Below, piece after piece: positions 1 through 8,962 of a DNA stretch of 46,402 bases (within the stretch, counting starts at the first letter, position 1; the number at the start of each line of letters is the position of its first letter). This DNA is from a bacterium (lineage in GTDB: Bacteria > Krumholzibacteriota > Krumholzibacteriia > G020349025), in contig JANLSU010000118.1 of NCBI GenBank assembly GCA_031362565.1, positions 1 to 46,402 of the forward strand. Reading direction: 5' to 3'. The position numbers were made by a program, and so were the translations under genes. The notes below the pieces were generated by a model. It was not told where the DNA came from, ran no database searches, and worked only from the letters and a program-made list of their open reading frames with translations.

Positions 1-419
1 GCTCATCACCCGCTACGCCCAACGAATGCTCATCGAGAACGCGCTCTCCGACGCCGTCCGATTCTTTCACATGAATGCCCTGTCCTCTGCCGTCGGACTC
101 AAGGTCGACTTTGACATGGCGTTGCTCGTGGTCGCGAGCGGGCTGTATCGACTGCTCGCTCGCAGGATGCGTGGCTACTCGGACGCTCAAGCCAGGCAAA
201 TCTTCCGAGACCTTGTCGATATGCCCGCACGCGTCGACATCACGGACCGCGAAGTCCACATCAAACTCGACCGCCGCGCTCACCTGCCCATCGTCTTGGC
301 CTCAGGACTTGTCGATGTCCCGGTCAGCGTGCCATGGTGGAATGGACGGGCGCTCCGCATCACAGGCTGACGAAAACCCGGCCCGGCGTTAGGGGAACTC
401 TGGTCCGTGGAAATCCAGG
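1..419 (+). mobile_element. Right part of an insertion sequence
   Basis: Ends GGAAATCCAGG (409-419) followed by CTAG (420-423), similar to the ATAATCCGGG|CTAA end of the IS1380 at 33404; left end is outside the window. Confidence 0.55.
2..370 (+). CDS. DDE transposase, C-terminal part (IS4/IS1380-like); runs off the left edge
   Basis: Frame open from base 2: LITRYAQRMLIENALSDAVRFF resembles the Y-x-x-R-x3-E motif around the catalytic Glu of IS4-clan transposases; an IS-like end follows. Confidence 0.7.
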   Translation, partial: LITRYAQRMLIENALSDAVRFFHMNALSSAVGLKVDFDMALLVVASGLYRLLARRMRGYSDAQARQIFRDLVDMPARVDITDREVHIKLDRRAHLPIVLASGLVDVPVSVPWWNGRALRITG

Positions 420-1589
420 CTAGCGCAACATCTCCAAGCGCAACACACCACCCTGAAGCAGACCGACGTATCCGGTGTGCCCATGCCAGGCGAGACCGCG
501 TGGGCTACCATCGACGTCGCAACCGCCGACCTCGCCACCGTTCGTGAGATCAAGCACGATGATACGTCCCGGGTAGCCCACGAGAGCCTTGTTGTCCTGC
601 AGTGCCGGCCGGAACGTCGACCAAGGCTTGTGTGCCTGGTACACCCACACCCTTTGCCTGAAGTCCGGCGTCCAGGCCGTGAGACGATTAATCTCATTCG
701 TATCCGTGAGCAATAGGACGATGCTTCCCGCTCTTACGATGTCCCCAAATGGCATCCCACCGACGTCGGCTCGTGGCAATTCCATGCCGTCACCAAGACG
801 CAGCTTATGAATGAAGCCGTCCAGCGTGCCAACCATTACGGTGTCTGCTTGTAGGTGCACTGACGTATTTACTGGGCTCAGAAGTGGTGTTCGCTAAAGG
901 ACACCTCCGGACTTTACGTCGAAGGCATCCACCCACCCAGCGCGCCAGCCGACGACCAGGCGTTCCCCCGCGACCACCGGATCAGAAATGTTGAAGGCAG
1001 GTTCGGTGTCGGGCGGGCCATGGCCATGCCACCGGATCGTGCCGCTCGCGATGTCGACGGCCACGATTTCCGTGTTGCCTGTCATCGCAAATGCGGTTGA
1101 GTCACGCGAGACGATCTGCGAAGGGAAGCCGCCACCTGCGGCGTGTTTCCAGAGCACTGCGCCGGTAGCGCGGTCGAAGGCGTAAAGGTGGCCAATGGAA
1201 TCGGTGTCGGTACCAACAACAAGGATGTTTCCCGCAAGCAGCGGGTCGCCATGGAACTGCGCCGCCGGTCCATCACGCGTGGTGTCGTACGACCAGAGAA
1301 CGTCTCCAGTCGAATCTGCGAGGGCGAAGAGCTTGCCCGAACACGAACCCACGAATACTTGGTGGCCTGCAACTGCAGGCGTGGTGAACACTCAGCCACC
1401 GGTGTCGCGGCGCCACTCGAGTGAACATTCCGTGGATGCGTTGGTGTTGACCGTTGCCCCGAAGAGCAAGTTTGTCACGAACAAACATGGGAGCAGGATT
1501 CGGAGCTGGACCTTCGCCGCATTCGTTGGGAGCGATGTGTTCCATCTCTCAAGGATACGTGCTGGGCTGCAGGCTATGCCGCTTACCAT
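420..1589 (-). CDS. PQQ-like (BamB-type) beta-propeller protein with in-frame TGA (1392-1394, candidate Sec) and in-frame TAG (894-896); may be a pseudogene
   Basis: ORFs 1392..1589, 894..1391 and 420..860 share one frame; propeller repeats (ALADSTGDVLW, AFDRATGAVLW, AVDIASGTIRW, AFDVKSGGVL*); hydrophobic N-terminal stretch; start uncertain. Confidence 0.75.
1365..1394 (-). promoter_or_regulatory. Candidate bacterial SECIS element
   Basis: Minus strand reads UGA, 11 nt, then GCCUGC-AGUU-GCAGGC: perfect 6-bp stem with GU in the apical loop. Confidence 0.55.
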
Positions 1590-1873
1590 TGCTGACCCCT
1601 GAGGAGAACTCTAGACTTCTCCTGCTGGAATGGTCAACGGCAGATCACACGCTGCGCCTCAGCGAGGCGCAGGAGAGCGAATTTCCAACAGCTGCGCAAC
1701 CCGCAAGAGGGAAGTTCGCTTGAACGGACGTGCGTCACTACAGGACTCTGCTCCTCGGCTCGGAATCGGTCCGCACCTCTTGTAAACGGCTTCGCGGGAG
1801 CGTTGGGGCGCAAGGTGCTCCACGACCATTGATGTCTTGACAACCTCCGGAGGGCCCGGCAGAATCCCGCGCC

Positions 1874-2254
1874 ATGAGAGGATACCCACGCAAACGCGCG
1901 ATCCTTGGAACTCTGCTCTGTTGGGCCGTGGTGAGTGTCCTGTCTCCACTTGTCGCGCTGCACGTGGCGTTCGAACACGACGGGCACAGCGACCACGCGG
2001 TTGCGGCTCCTGTTCCGCACGACGACGAAGCCAGCGCACTGGGGCACGATGGCTCGAGCCACCACCATCCTCAGATTGCGGTGGGGCTTGCATCGGCGCG
2101 CTTCCGCCCCGAGATCGAGCCGCTGAGCGCCCTGGATATGGCGAGTACCTGCAGCAATCACGTAGTCGCATTCGCCCCGCGCTCGATGCTCCGACTCCGC
2201 CTTGAGCCGCGAAGTAGCCCGCTCCACTCACGAAGCCCCATCCTGCTGATCTGA
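1874..2254 (+). CDS. His-rich small exported or membrane protein, CzcI/DUF2946-like leader of RND operon 1
   Basis: N-terminal hydrophobic segment, HDGHSDH and HDGSSHHHP, C-terminus SSPLHSRSPILLI; directly upstream of the adaptor gene. Confidence 0.6.
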   Translation: MRGYPRKRAILGTLLCWAVVSVLSPLVALHVAFEHDGHSDHAVAAPVPHDDEASALGHDGSSHHHPQIAVGLASARFRPEIEPLSALDMASTCSNHVVAFAPRSMLRLRLEPRSSPLHSRSPILLI

Positions 2255-2443
2255 ACTTGAGCCTGTCGCGATGACTTTTCCGCCCCAGCTGGAGCGGAAG
2301 TGCTGTCGCATGGCAGATCTGTGATTCAGAACGCGGTGGGTCTCTCGAGCCCACACATCATCGATTGCAGCACGTTGCGTTCAATCCCGAACTTCGTGAC
2401 GTGCTGACCATTTGCTGCGCGGAGTCTCTGTGCCGGAGGTCGC

Positions 2444-3592
2444 ATGCGCCGTTCACGCCGAGTCGCCATGTTCTCGCTGTTGCTCCTTTTATCGCCTTCC
2501 TGCAAGAGCAAGGAGGCGGCAAAACCAGCGGCGGAATCCGAAGCTGGGGTGGTCCTTCTGACTCCCGAGCAAGTATCCCACGCGGGATTCACCACGGCCG
2601 TCGCACAGAGGCGCGAGGCCTCTGAAATCGTGAAGCTCCCGGGCATGCTCGAGGTCGACCCGCATCGCACGTGGCGTGTATCTCCCGTTGTGGAGGGTGT
2701 GGTTGAAGAAGTCGGGGCGATGGCCCACGACGCGGTCCGCAAGGGCCAAGTGCTGGCGCGTTTGCGAAGCACCGCTCTCGGAGAGGCGCAGGTTGCCTGG
2801 CTCGACGCGCGCGCAAATCTTCGACTCGCGCACGCCGACCGCGAACGCAATCTGGCGCTTCGAAAGGACGGTGTCGTCTCTGAGAGCCAATGGCTCCGAG
2901 TCGACACGGAGTTCCAGCGGGCTCAAGCGGCATTGGCGCAGGCCGATCGCAAACTTCAGCTGGCCGGTCTGTCGCCGCGCCAAATCGAGGCGCTCGAATC
3001 ATCGGAACCCCACCTCGGTGAGATGACGCTCACGAGCCCCGCCAGTGGTGTTGTACTCGCGTCGGCCATTTCGCGAGGTCAGTCGCTTGGTGCCGGCGAG
3101 GATGCCTTCCAGGTCGGCGACCTCTCGACGCTCTGGGTCACCGTTCACGTACCGGTGGCAAGACTTTCGCAGGTTGTGCCAGGAGCGAAGGTGACGGTGC
3201 GCGTATCAGGGAGTCCGGGGACAGGCTGGGACGGCAAACTCGGATCACTGGGCGGCAAAGCGGACGCGGCGGATCAGACGGTTGAAGGACGGGTTGTTGT
3301 CACAAACGAAGGCGGTTTTTTGCGGCCCGGCATGTATGCCGAGGTAGAAGTCGTTGGAGCGCCGCTCCAATCGCTCATGGTGCCGTCTGGAGCCGTTTTC
3401 ACAGTCGGAAACCAGTCGTACATCTTTCAAAAGCTAGCCGCGGGGCGGTACCGGCCCATCGAGGTCAACGCCGGCGCTCCCATGGCGGACTGGACTCCGA
3501 TCGCAGGGCCGAGCGCCAATGCCGGCATGGAAGTCATCGTCGGTGGACTGGCCGAGCTCAAATCACAATGGCTCTACAGCGAGGGCGAATAG
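2444..3592 (+). CDS. Efflux RND periplasmic adaptor (CzcB/CusB family), probable lipoprotein
   Basis: LLLLSPSC signal, lipoyl halves flanking a helical hairpin, DLSTLWV, LRPGMYAEV. Confidence 0.93.
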   Translation: MRRSRRVAMFSLLLLLSPSCKSKEAAKPAAESEAGVVLLTPEQVSHAGFTTAVAQRREASEIVKLPGMLEVDPHRTWRVSPVVEGVVEEVGAMAHDAVRKGQVLARLRSTALGEAQVAWLDARANLRLAHADRERNLALRKDGVVSESQWLRVDTEFQRAQAALAQADRKLQLAGLSPRQIEALESSEPHLGEMTLTSPASGVVLASAISRGQSLGAGEDAFQVGDLSTLWVTVHVPVARLSQVVPGAKVTVRVSGSPGTGWDGKLGSLGGKADAADQTVEGRVVVTNEGGFLRPGMYAEVEVVGAPLQSLMVPSGAVFTVGNQSYIFQKLAAGRYRPIEVNAGAPMADWTPIAGPSANAGMEVIVGGLAELKSQWLYSEGE

Positions 3593-6500
3593 ATGATCGC
3601 CTCAATCATTCGAGCGGCGCTCGTTCAGCGCGTCATGGTGCTCGCGGCCGTGCTCGCGATCGTGGCCGGCGGCATCTGGGCATTTCGCGGCTTGACGATC
3701 GATGCGTTCCCCGACATCTCGACCACCCAGGTGCAGATCGTCGTGAAGGCCCCCGGCATGTCTCCGACCGAAGTCGAGCAGCGCATCGCCATGCCCATCG
3801 AGCGCGAAATGCAAGGAATTCCGCATCAGACGGTGCTGCGGTCCACGACGAAGTTCGCGATCACCAACATCATCATGGATTTCGAGGATGGCACCGACAT
3901 CTACTGGGCTCGGAGCCAAGTGACCGAGCGCCTCAATGCCCTGTGGGGCGACATGCCCGAAGGGGTTGAAGGAGGACTCGGCCCGATCACCAGCCCCCTC
4001 GGCGAGATGTTCATCTACCGGGTCGAAGGAGAAGGCTACTCCAAGGAAGAACTGCGCACGCTGCAAGACTGGGTCATCCGGCCGCGCCTGCGCGCGGTGG
4101 ATGGCGTCGCCGACGTGAACTCCTCCGGCGGGCGGGTACGCGCCTATGAAGTTGTGGCGGACCCCGATCGCCTTGCGGCCCGCGGGCTCGGGCTCGCGGA
4201 GCTCGAGAGCGCGCTCGCGTCGAACAACCGCAATGCCGGCGGTGGCCGTATCGACCGGAACAACGAGATGATTCTTGTTCGAACCGTGGGGAACCTGCGA
4301 GGTATCGAGGACATAAAAGAGGTCACGGTCGCGACGCGTGACGGGATTCCCATCCACGTCGAGGATGTTGCCACGGTACGTATCGGGGCGCTCACCCCAA
4401 ACGGCGGCGTCACCGCGGACGGCGAGGGTGTCGTCGTCTCGGGCCTCGCGCTTTTGCGGAAGGGCGCCAACACCCGGGCAGCCGTTGACGGCGTCAAACG
4501 TGAGGTCGAGCGCCTGGCGTCGGTACTGCCCAAGGGCGTGCACATTGTCCCGGTTTATGACCGCACCGAGTTGATCGAGTCCGCAGTCGGCACCGTGGAG
4601 AAGGCGCTCGGCGAGGCCGTGGTGCTTGTCCTACTGGTACTGCTCATCATGCTCGGGAACCTGCGTAGCGCGCTCACTGCCGCTCTCATCCTGCCGTTGT
4701 CGGTGTTGTCGACCTTCATCCTCATGCGAGTGTTTGGTGTGACCGCGAATTTGATGTCGCTTGGCGGTCTCGGCATTGCGATCGGGATCCTGGTGGACGC
4801 CGCAGTCGTCATCGTCGAGAACGTCCAAACCCAGCTCGCGCGCGCGCCCAAAGGAGTCGACCGACTGCACGTGGTCTTCCGGGCCGCGACGGAAGTCGCT
4901 GGGCCGGTCGTGTCGGGCGTTCTCATCATCATTCTTGTTTTCCTGCCGCTCTTCAGCCTGACGGGGTTGGAGGGCAAGATGTTTCTCCCGTTGGCGCTAA
5001 CGATCTGTTTCGCTCTGGGCGCGTCGCTCCTTCTCTCGCTGACGGTCATCCCGGCGTTGGCGAGCGCGCTGATGCGTGGTGAGGGTGAAGAACACGGCCG
5101 TGTGCAGCGCTTCCTGGGTGGCTTGTACGCACCGGTGGTCGATTGGGCGCTCCGGCGCCGCGCCATTGCCGTCCTCGGCGGAATCGCCGGGCTGGTGCTC
5201 GCGGCCGTGTTGTTCACGCGCCTCGGTGGGGAATTCATGCCGACGCTGGACGAAGGCTCGACCATCGTCATCATCGAGAAACTCCCGAGCGTTTCGCTCG
5301 ATCGTTCGCTCGAACTCGACGCGCCGTACCAAAAGGCAATGATGGAGTTGCCCGAGGTGACTGGTGTCTTCTCACGCACTGGTGTCGACGAACTGGGCAT
5401 GGATCCCATGGGGTTGTACCAGACGGACAACTTCGTCATCACCCGTCCCCGCTCTGAATGGTCGATCACCCCGGCGGAGTTCCAGGAGAAGATTCGCAAG
5501 AAAATGGAGGGGTTCATCGGCATCGTGTTTGCTTTCACGCAGCCCATCGACATGCGCGTTTCCGAGATGCTGACCGGCGTGCGAGCGGCGATGTCGATCC
5601 GCCTGTTCGGCGACGATCTCGCCGTGCTCGAAGAGAAGGCCAAGGAGATCGAGGCAATGCTCGGGAAAGTGGACGGCGCGGTGGACATCTTCCGCGGGCA
5701 AATCTTCGGACAGTCCTACTTGCAGATCGACGTCCGCCACGCTGCGATCGCGCGTTTTGGATTGAGCGCGGAAGACATCAATCGCCTGGTCGAGACGGCG
5801 GTCGCGGGCCGCCGGGTCACGGAAGTGCTCGAGAATGAACGCCAGGTCGGTGTTCTGTTGCGGTACCCCGAAGAAGCTCGTGCAACGCCCGAGGCGATCG
5901 GCGCACTCCTCGTCACGACACCGACCGGCGAACGGGTGCCGCTGAGTGCGCTCGCCGACCTCCATGAAGTGGACGGACCGGTGCAGATCACGCGCGAAGC
6001 CGCACGTCGCTCCGTGGTCATTCAGGCCAACGTCGAGGGCCGCGATGTGGTGGGCTTTGTAGCAGAGGTCCGTAAGCACCTGGCGCAAGACATCACACTG
6101 CCGCAGGGATATTACGTTACGTTCGGTGGACAGTTCGAGAACCAGCAACGCGCCGCCGCTCGACTCGGAATCGTCGTACCACTATCGATTGGTCTGATCT
6201 TCCTCATGTTGTTCGTGAGCTTTGGATCTGTGCGCCACGCCGGCCTCATCCTGTTGAATGTGCCGTTCGCGCTCATCGGTGGTGTGATCAGTCTCGCCGT
6301 ATCCGGACTGTACCTCTCCGTGCCGGCTTCGGTCGGGTTCATCACCCTCTTCGGCGTTGCGGTGTTGAACGGCGTCGTGATGGTGACGTATTTCAATCAG
6401 CTCCGTGCGTCGGGCCGGAGTATCGACCAAGCGGTGCGCGAAGGTGCGGCGCGGCGGCTGCGCCCCGTTCTATTGACAGCGATGATTGCGAGCTTGGGCC

Positions 6501-6676
6501 TGGTTCCGATGCTGATCGCCACCGGACCGGGGTCCGAGATTCAGCGCCCGCTCGCGGTCGTCGTCATCGGCGGTCTGGCAAGTTCCACGCTGCTTACGCT
6601 GGTCTTGCTCCCAACGCTCTACGCTTGGCTCGAGGGGCGCGCGGCGCGGCGCATTTCCAATCGGAGCACGACTTGA
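3593..6676 (+). CDS. CusA/CzcA family heavy-metal RND permease (RND1)
   Basis: 1027 aa; IDAFPDIS, TM4 AIGILVDAAVVIVEN, GGQFENQQRA, RLRPVLLTA, GSEIQRPLAVVVIGGL. Confidence 0.96.
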   Translation: MIASIIRAALVQRVMVLAAVLAIVAGGIWAFRGLTIDAFPDISTTQVQIVVKAPGMSPTEVEQRIAMPIEREMQGIPHQTVLRSTTKFAITNIIMDFEDGTDIYWARSQVTERLNALWGDMPEGVEGGLGPITSPLGEMFIYRVEGEGYSKEELRTLQDWVIRPRLRAVDGVADVNSSGGRVRAYEVVADPDRLAARGLGLAELESALASNNRNAGGGRIDRNNEMILVRTVGNLRGIEDIKEVTVATRDGIPIHVEDVATVRIGALTPNGGVTADGEGVVVSGLALLRKGANTRAAVDGVKREVERLASVLPKGVHIVPVYDRTELIESAVGTVEKALGEAVVLVLLVLLIMLGNLRSALTAALILPLSVLSTFILMRVFGVTANLMSLGGLGIAIGILVDAAVVIVENVQTQLARAPKGVDRLHVVFRAATEVAGPVVSGVLIIILVFLPLFSLTGLEGKMFLPLALTICFALGASLLLSLTVIPALASALMRGEGEEHGRVQRFLGGLYAPVVDWALRRRAIAVLGGIAGLVLAAVLFTRLGGEFMPTLDEGSTIVIIEKLPSVSLDRSLELDAPYQKAMMELPEVTGVFSRTGVDELGMDPMGLYQTDNFVITRPRSEWSITPAEFQEKIRKKMEGFIGIVFAFTQPIDMRVSEMLTGVRAAMSIRLFGDDLAVLEEKAKEIEAMLGKVDGAVDIFRGQIFGQSYLQIDVRHAAIARFGLSAEDINRLVETAVAGRRVTEVLENERQVGVLLRYPEEARATPEAIGALLVTTPTGERVPLSALADLHEVDGPVQITREAARRSVVIQANVEGRDVVGFVAEVRKHLAQDITLPQGYYVTFGGQFENQQRAAARLGIVVPLSIGLIFLMLFVSFGSVRHAGLILLNVPFALIGGVISLAVSGLYLSVPASVGFITLFGVAVLNGVVMVTYFNQLRASGRSIDQAVREGAARRLRPVLLTAMIASLGLVPMLIATGPGSEIQRPLAVVVIGGLASSTLLTLVLLPTLYAWLEGRAARRISNRSTT

Positions 6677-6978
6677 AGAAACTCGCAATGATCGTCAGCT
6701 CGAGCGTCTATCAGGCCGTCACGGATCAACTTCGCGCGCTCGGAGTTGCCGGGTTCACGGTTTCACACATCGAAGGACACGGCCCCCATACCGACGAAGA
6801 TCAGTTCGTATCGGCACGTGATCGCGTCGTTGGGTTCGTCCCGCGCGTTCGCGTCGACATCGTACTCCCGGAGGAACAAATGACGACCGTTCTCGATGCA
6901 CTCTGCAGTCCGGGTACCGGACTCGCCGGGCATGGCGTCTTTTGGGTGTCGTCCGTTGAACGTTTCGGTCAATTCTAG
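6673..6978 (+). CDS. P-II family (GlnB-like) protein
   Basis: TTG start overlapping the RND1 stop, GGAG upstream; MKKLAMIV..LRALGVAGFTVSHIEGHG..PRVRVDIV..GHGVFWVSSVE follows the P-II pattern. Confidence 0.82.
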   Translation: MKKLAMIVSSSVYQAVTDQLRALGVAGFTVSHIEGHGPHTDEDQFVSARDRVVGFVPRVRVDIVLPEEQMTTVLDALCSPGTGLAGHGVFWVSSVERFGQF

Positions 6979-6997
6979 GCGCCGACGGAGGATATGA

Positions 6998-8158
6998 ATG
7001 TTTCCACTCTTGGCTCTCCTGATGTTACTCACGACAGCCACCGCGCTGACGCCCGAGGACGCCGTACGAGCTGCGTTGCTGCACGACCCCGCGCTCGCTG
7101 CACGCGTTGGCGAACTCGATGCAGCAACCGGCTTGCGCCGGGAGGGCTTCCTCTTGCGCCACAACCCCGAAGTCGACGTTTCGGTCTCGACGGATGGCAC
7201 TCGGCGCACGGGTGCCGTCGTGCAACCGCTGTCGATTACTGGTGAGGGCATCAATGCGGCCAGGCATGCTCGCGCCAACCTCGATGCCGCGAAAGCTTCT
7301 GCCGACCGCGCCCGCTTCGAGACCGCGGCGACGACGCGGCGCGCCTACGCCCGCGCCGTACTGGCCCGAGAGTTACTCCGTTTGGCGGACGAGGACCGGA
7401 CGCTGCTTGCGAGGCTGCGTAGCGTCGCCGAAGCAAGAGTCGCCGCCGGTGAAGGCGTCGACCTGGACTTGCGACTGGCGCGACTGGAACAAGCTCGCGC
7501 GATGGCAGCTTGGCTCGATGCGCAAGCCCAAGCGTCCGCGGCCGACGCGGAACTCGCGGCGCTCACCGGAGTCATCCCAGGTGAATTGGCGCGAGATCCA
7601 CTCACGGCCGGTCGAGCGGAGGTGGGGGATGCCAACCCTCGGTCTGATCTGGTCGCGGTCAAGGCCGCAACCCGCGCCGCACGTGCGGCGGTCGGTCGCG
7701 AGCGCGCCGCGGTTCTTCCCGCTATCGGGTTGGGCGCCTTCTACGAAAAGGATTCCGGCACGGAAATCTTCGGACCGTCCGTTACGGTAGAGGTGCCGCT
7801 CTGGAACTGGAACCGCCCCGGACTCGGCGTCGCGCGTGGCAATCTGCGCCTTGCCGAGGCTGTGGAGGCCTCGACAGCGGCACGAGCGGCGACGGAGGAA
7901 GCGCGCGCCGCGGAACGGTTGCGCGTCGCCGAGGAATCACTCGCGACACTTGCTCCCGACATTGGCGCCGAAGCAGCGCCTGCGCTCCGCGCGATCGAAG
8001 GCCTCTTCACGTCCGGTGAAGCGAATTTGGCGGACACGTTGCTCCTGAGGTCTCGCATCGTCGAAGGCGAGCGAGCATGGATGGAGGCGCATGCCGCAGT
8101 TGCGGTCGCGCGGATCGACGTCGCGCTGACCAGGCAGTCGGCAAGCTTGCTCCCGTGA
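6998..8158 (+). CDS. TolC family outer membrane efflux protein
   Basis: GGAGG RBS, signal peptide, LTPEDAVRAALLHDP, VEVPLWNWN, Ala/Arg-rich helices. Confidence 0.88.
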   Translation: MFPLLALLMLLTTATALTPEDAVRAALLHDPALAARVGELDAATGLRREGFLLRHNPEVDVSVSTDGTRRTGAVVQPLSITGEGINAARHARANLDAAKASADRARFETAATTRRAYARAVLARELLRLADEDRTLLARLRSVAEARVAAGEGVDLDLRLARLEQARAMAAWLDAQAQASAADAELAALTGVIPGELARDPLTAGRAEVGDANPRSDLVAVKAATRAARAAVGRERAAVLPAIGLGAFYEKDSGTEIFGPSVTVEVPLWNWNRPGLGVARGNLRLAEAVEASTAARAATEEARAAERLRVAEESLATLAPDIGAEAAPALRAIEGLFTSGEANLADTLLLRSRIVEGERAWMEAHAAVAVARIDVALTRQSASLLP

Positions 8159-8272
8159 CCCCTCAGACCAGGCGCTGGGAGGGGACGCGATGATCCGCAG
8201 TCTCGTGGGGTTCGACGCGTTTCTACCGATACCCTTGCCTTTCAAGGTTCTACTACAGTACCGTGGCGGGCG

Positions 8273-8749
8273 ATGAAGTCCCTGGGTAGCATAAGCCGCA
8301 CGGTTACGAAGGTCACGACGCTCGCCCTGGCGATGCGTCTCGTGGCACCAGTGGGAGTCGTCTGTCAGCTGAGTGACCACGAGACTGCGTCCGAGCAGAC
8401 GGAACACCACGATTCGGACGCCCATCACCCGGAGCACCACGACTCCGACGTCGAGCAGCACGCCCACCATGGGGTAGACCGAGGTCAAGAGGCTCCGGAA
8501 CATCCCTGTCACGACGCCGACGGCAACTGCGGTTGCTCGCTAACCTTTGTCCCAGAGGTCCAGCCCTCGCGGAGCGTGGAGAGCGTCGAGCTTCGCGGGT
8601 CTAGTGACTCGGGCGTGGTCATGCCACGCTTGTTGGCGCTTGTGCCCGATGTCGTCATCCATTTCCACCTGCACGAGGTCTTCCATCCACCGCGTAGTGT
8701 TGGGGTCAAATGCGCCGGTCCTACTCGCGGCCCTCCTAGCCTCGTCTGA
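8273..8749 (+). CDS. His/Cys-rich leader protein with C-terminal RGPP motif (DUF2946/CruR-like)
   Basis: Hydrophobic N-region, EHHDSD twice, HPCHDADGNCGC, FHPPR, ends TRGPPSLV; upstream of the TolC-adaptor-RND operon. Confidence 0.7.
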   Translation: MKSLGSISRTVTKVTTLALAMRLVAPVGVVCQLSDHETASEQTEHHDSDAHHPEHHDSDVEQHAHHGVDRGQEAPEHPCHDADGNCGCSLTFVPEVQPSRSVESVELRGSSDSGVVMPRLLALVPDVVIHFHLHEVFHPPRSVGVKCAGPTRGPPSLV

Positions 8750-8962
8750 GCTTCACGACGAACGTTCGTTCGTCGCTGTTGCATCTTTCCCCTGTTCGAC
8801 GATAACTGCGGAACTCGGTCCACACCGTTCCGCGGTCAAACGCGTGCGTTGCTGACGTCCAGCTGGCTTCTTCGCCACTGAACTGCAGAGCGCATGGCTT
8901 AGGTATGCCGCGGGCTCTGAAGAGGGCCGAGTAATGCGATTGATTCGAGAAGAGGTGTACGC

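Noticed and set aside
420..1589. Genome-wide stop codon reassignment or pyrrolysine explaining the two in-frame stops
   Set aside because: TGA and TAG end many full-length genes here (RND1, cusA and copA with TGA; phoD and the IS1380 transposase with TAG), and the TAG sits where Trp is expected
1577..1642. Integron attC site
   Set aside because: Ends read ACC/GGT rather than the conserved AAC/GTT; single copy and no integrase seen
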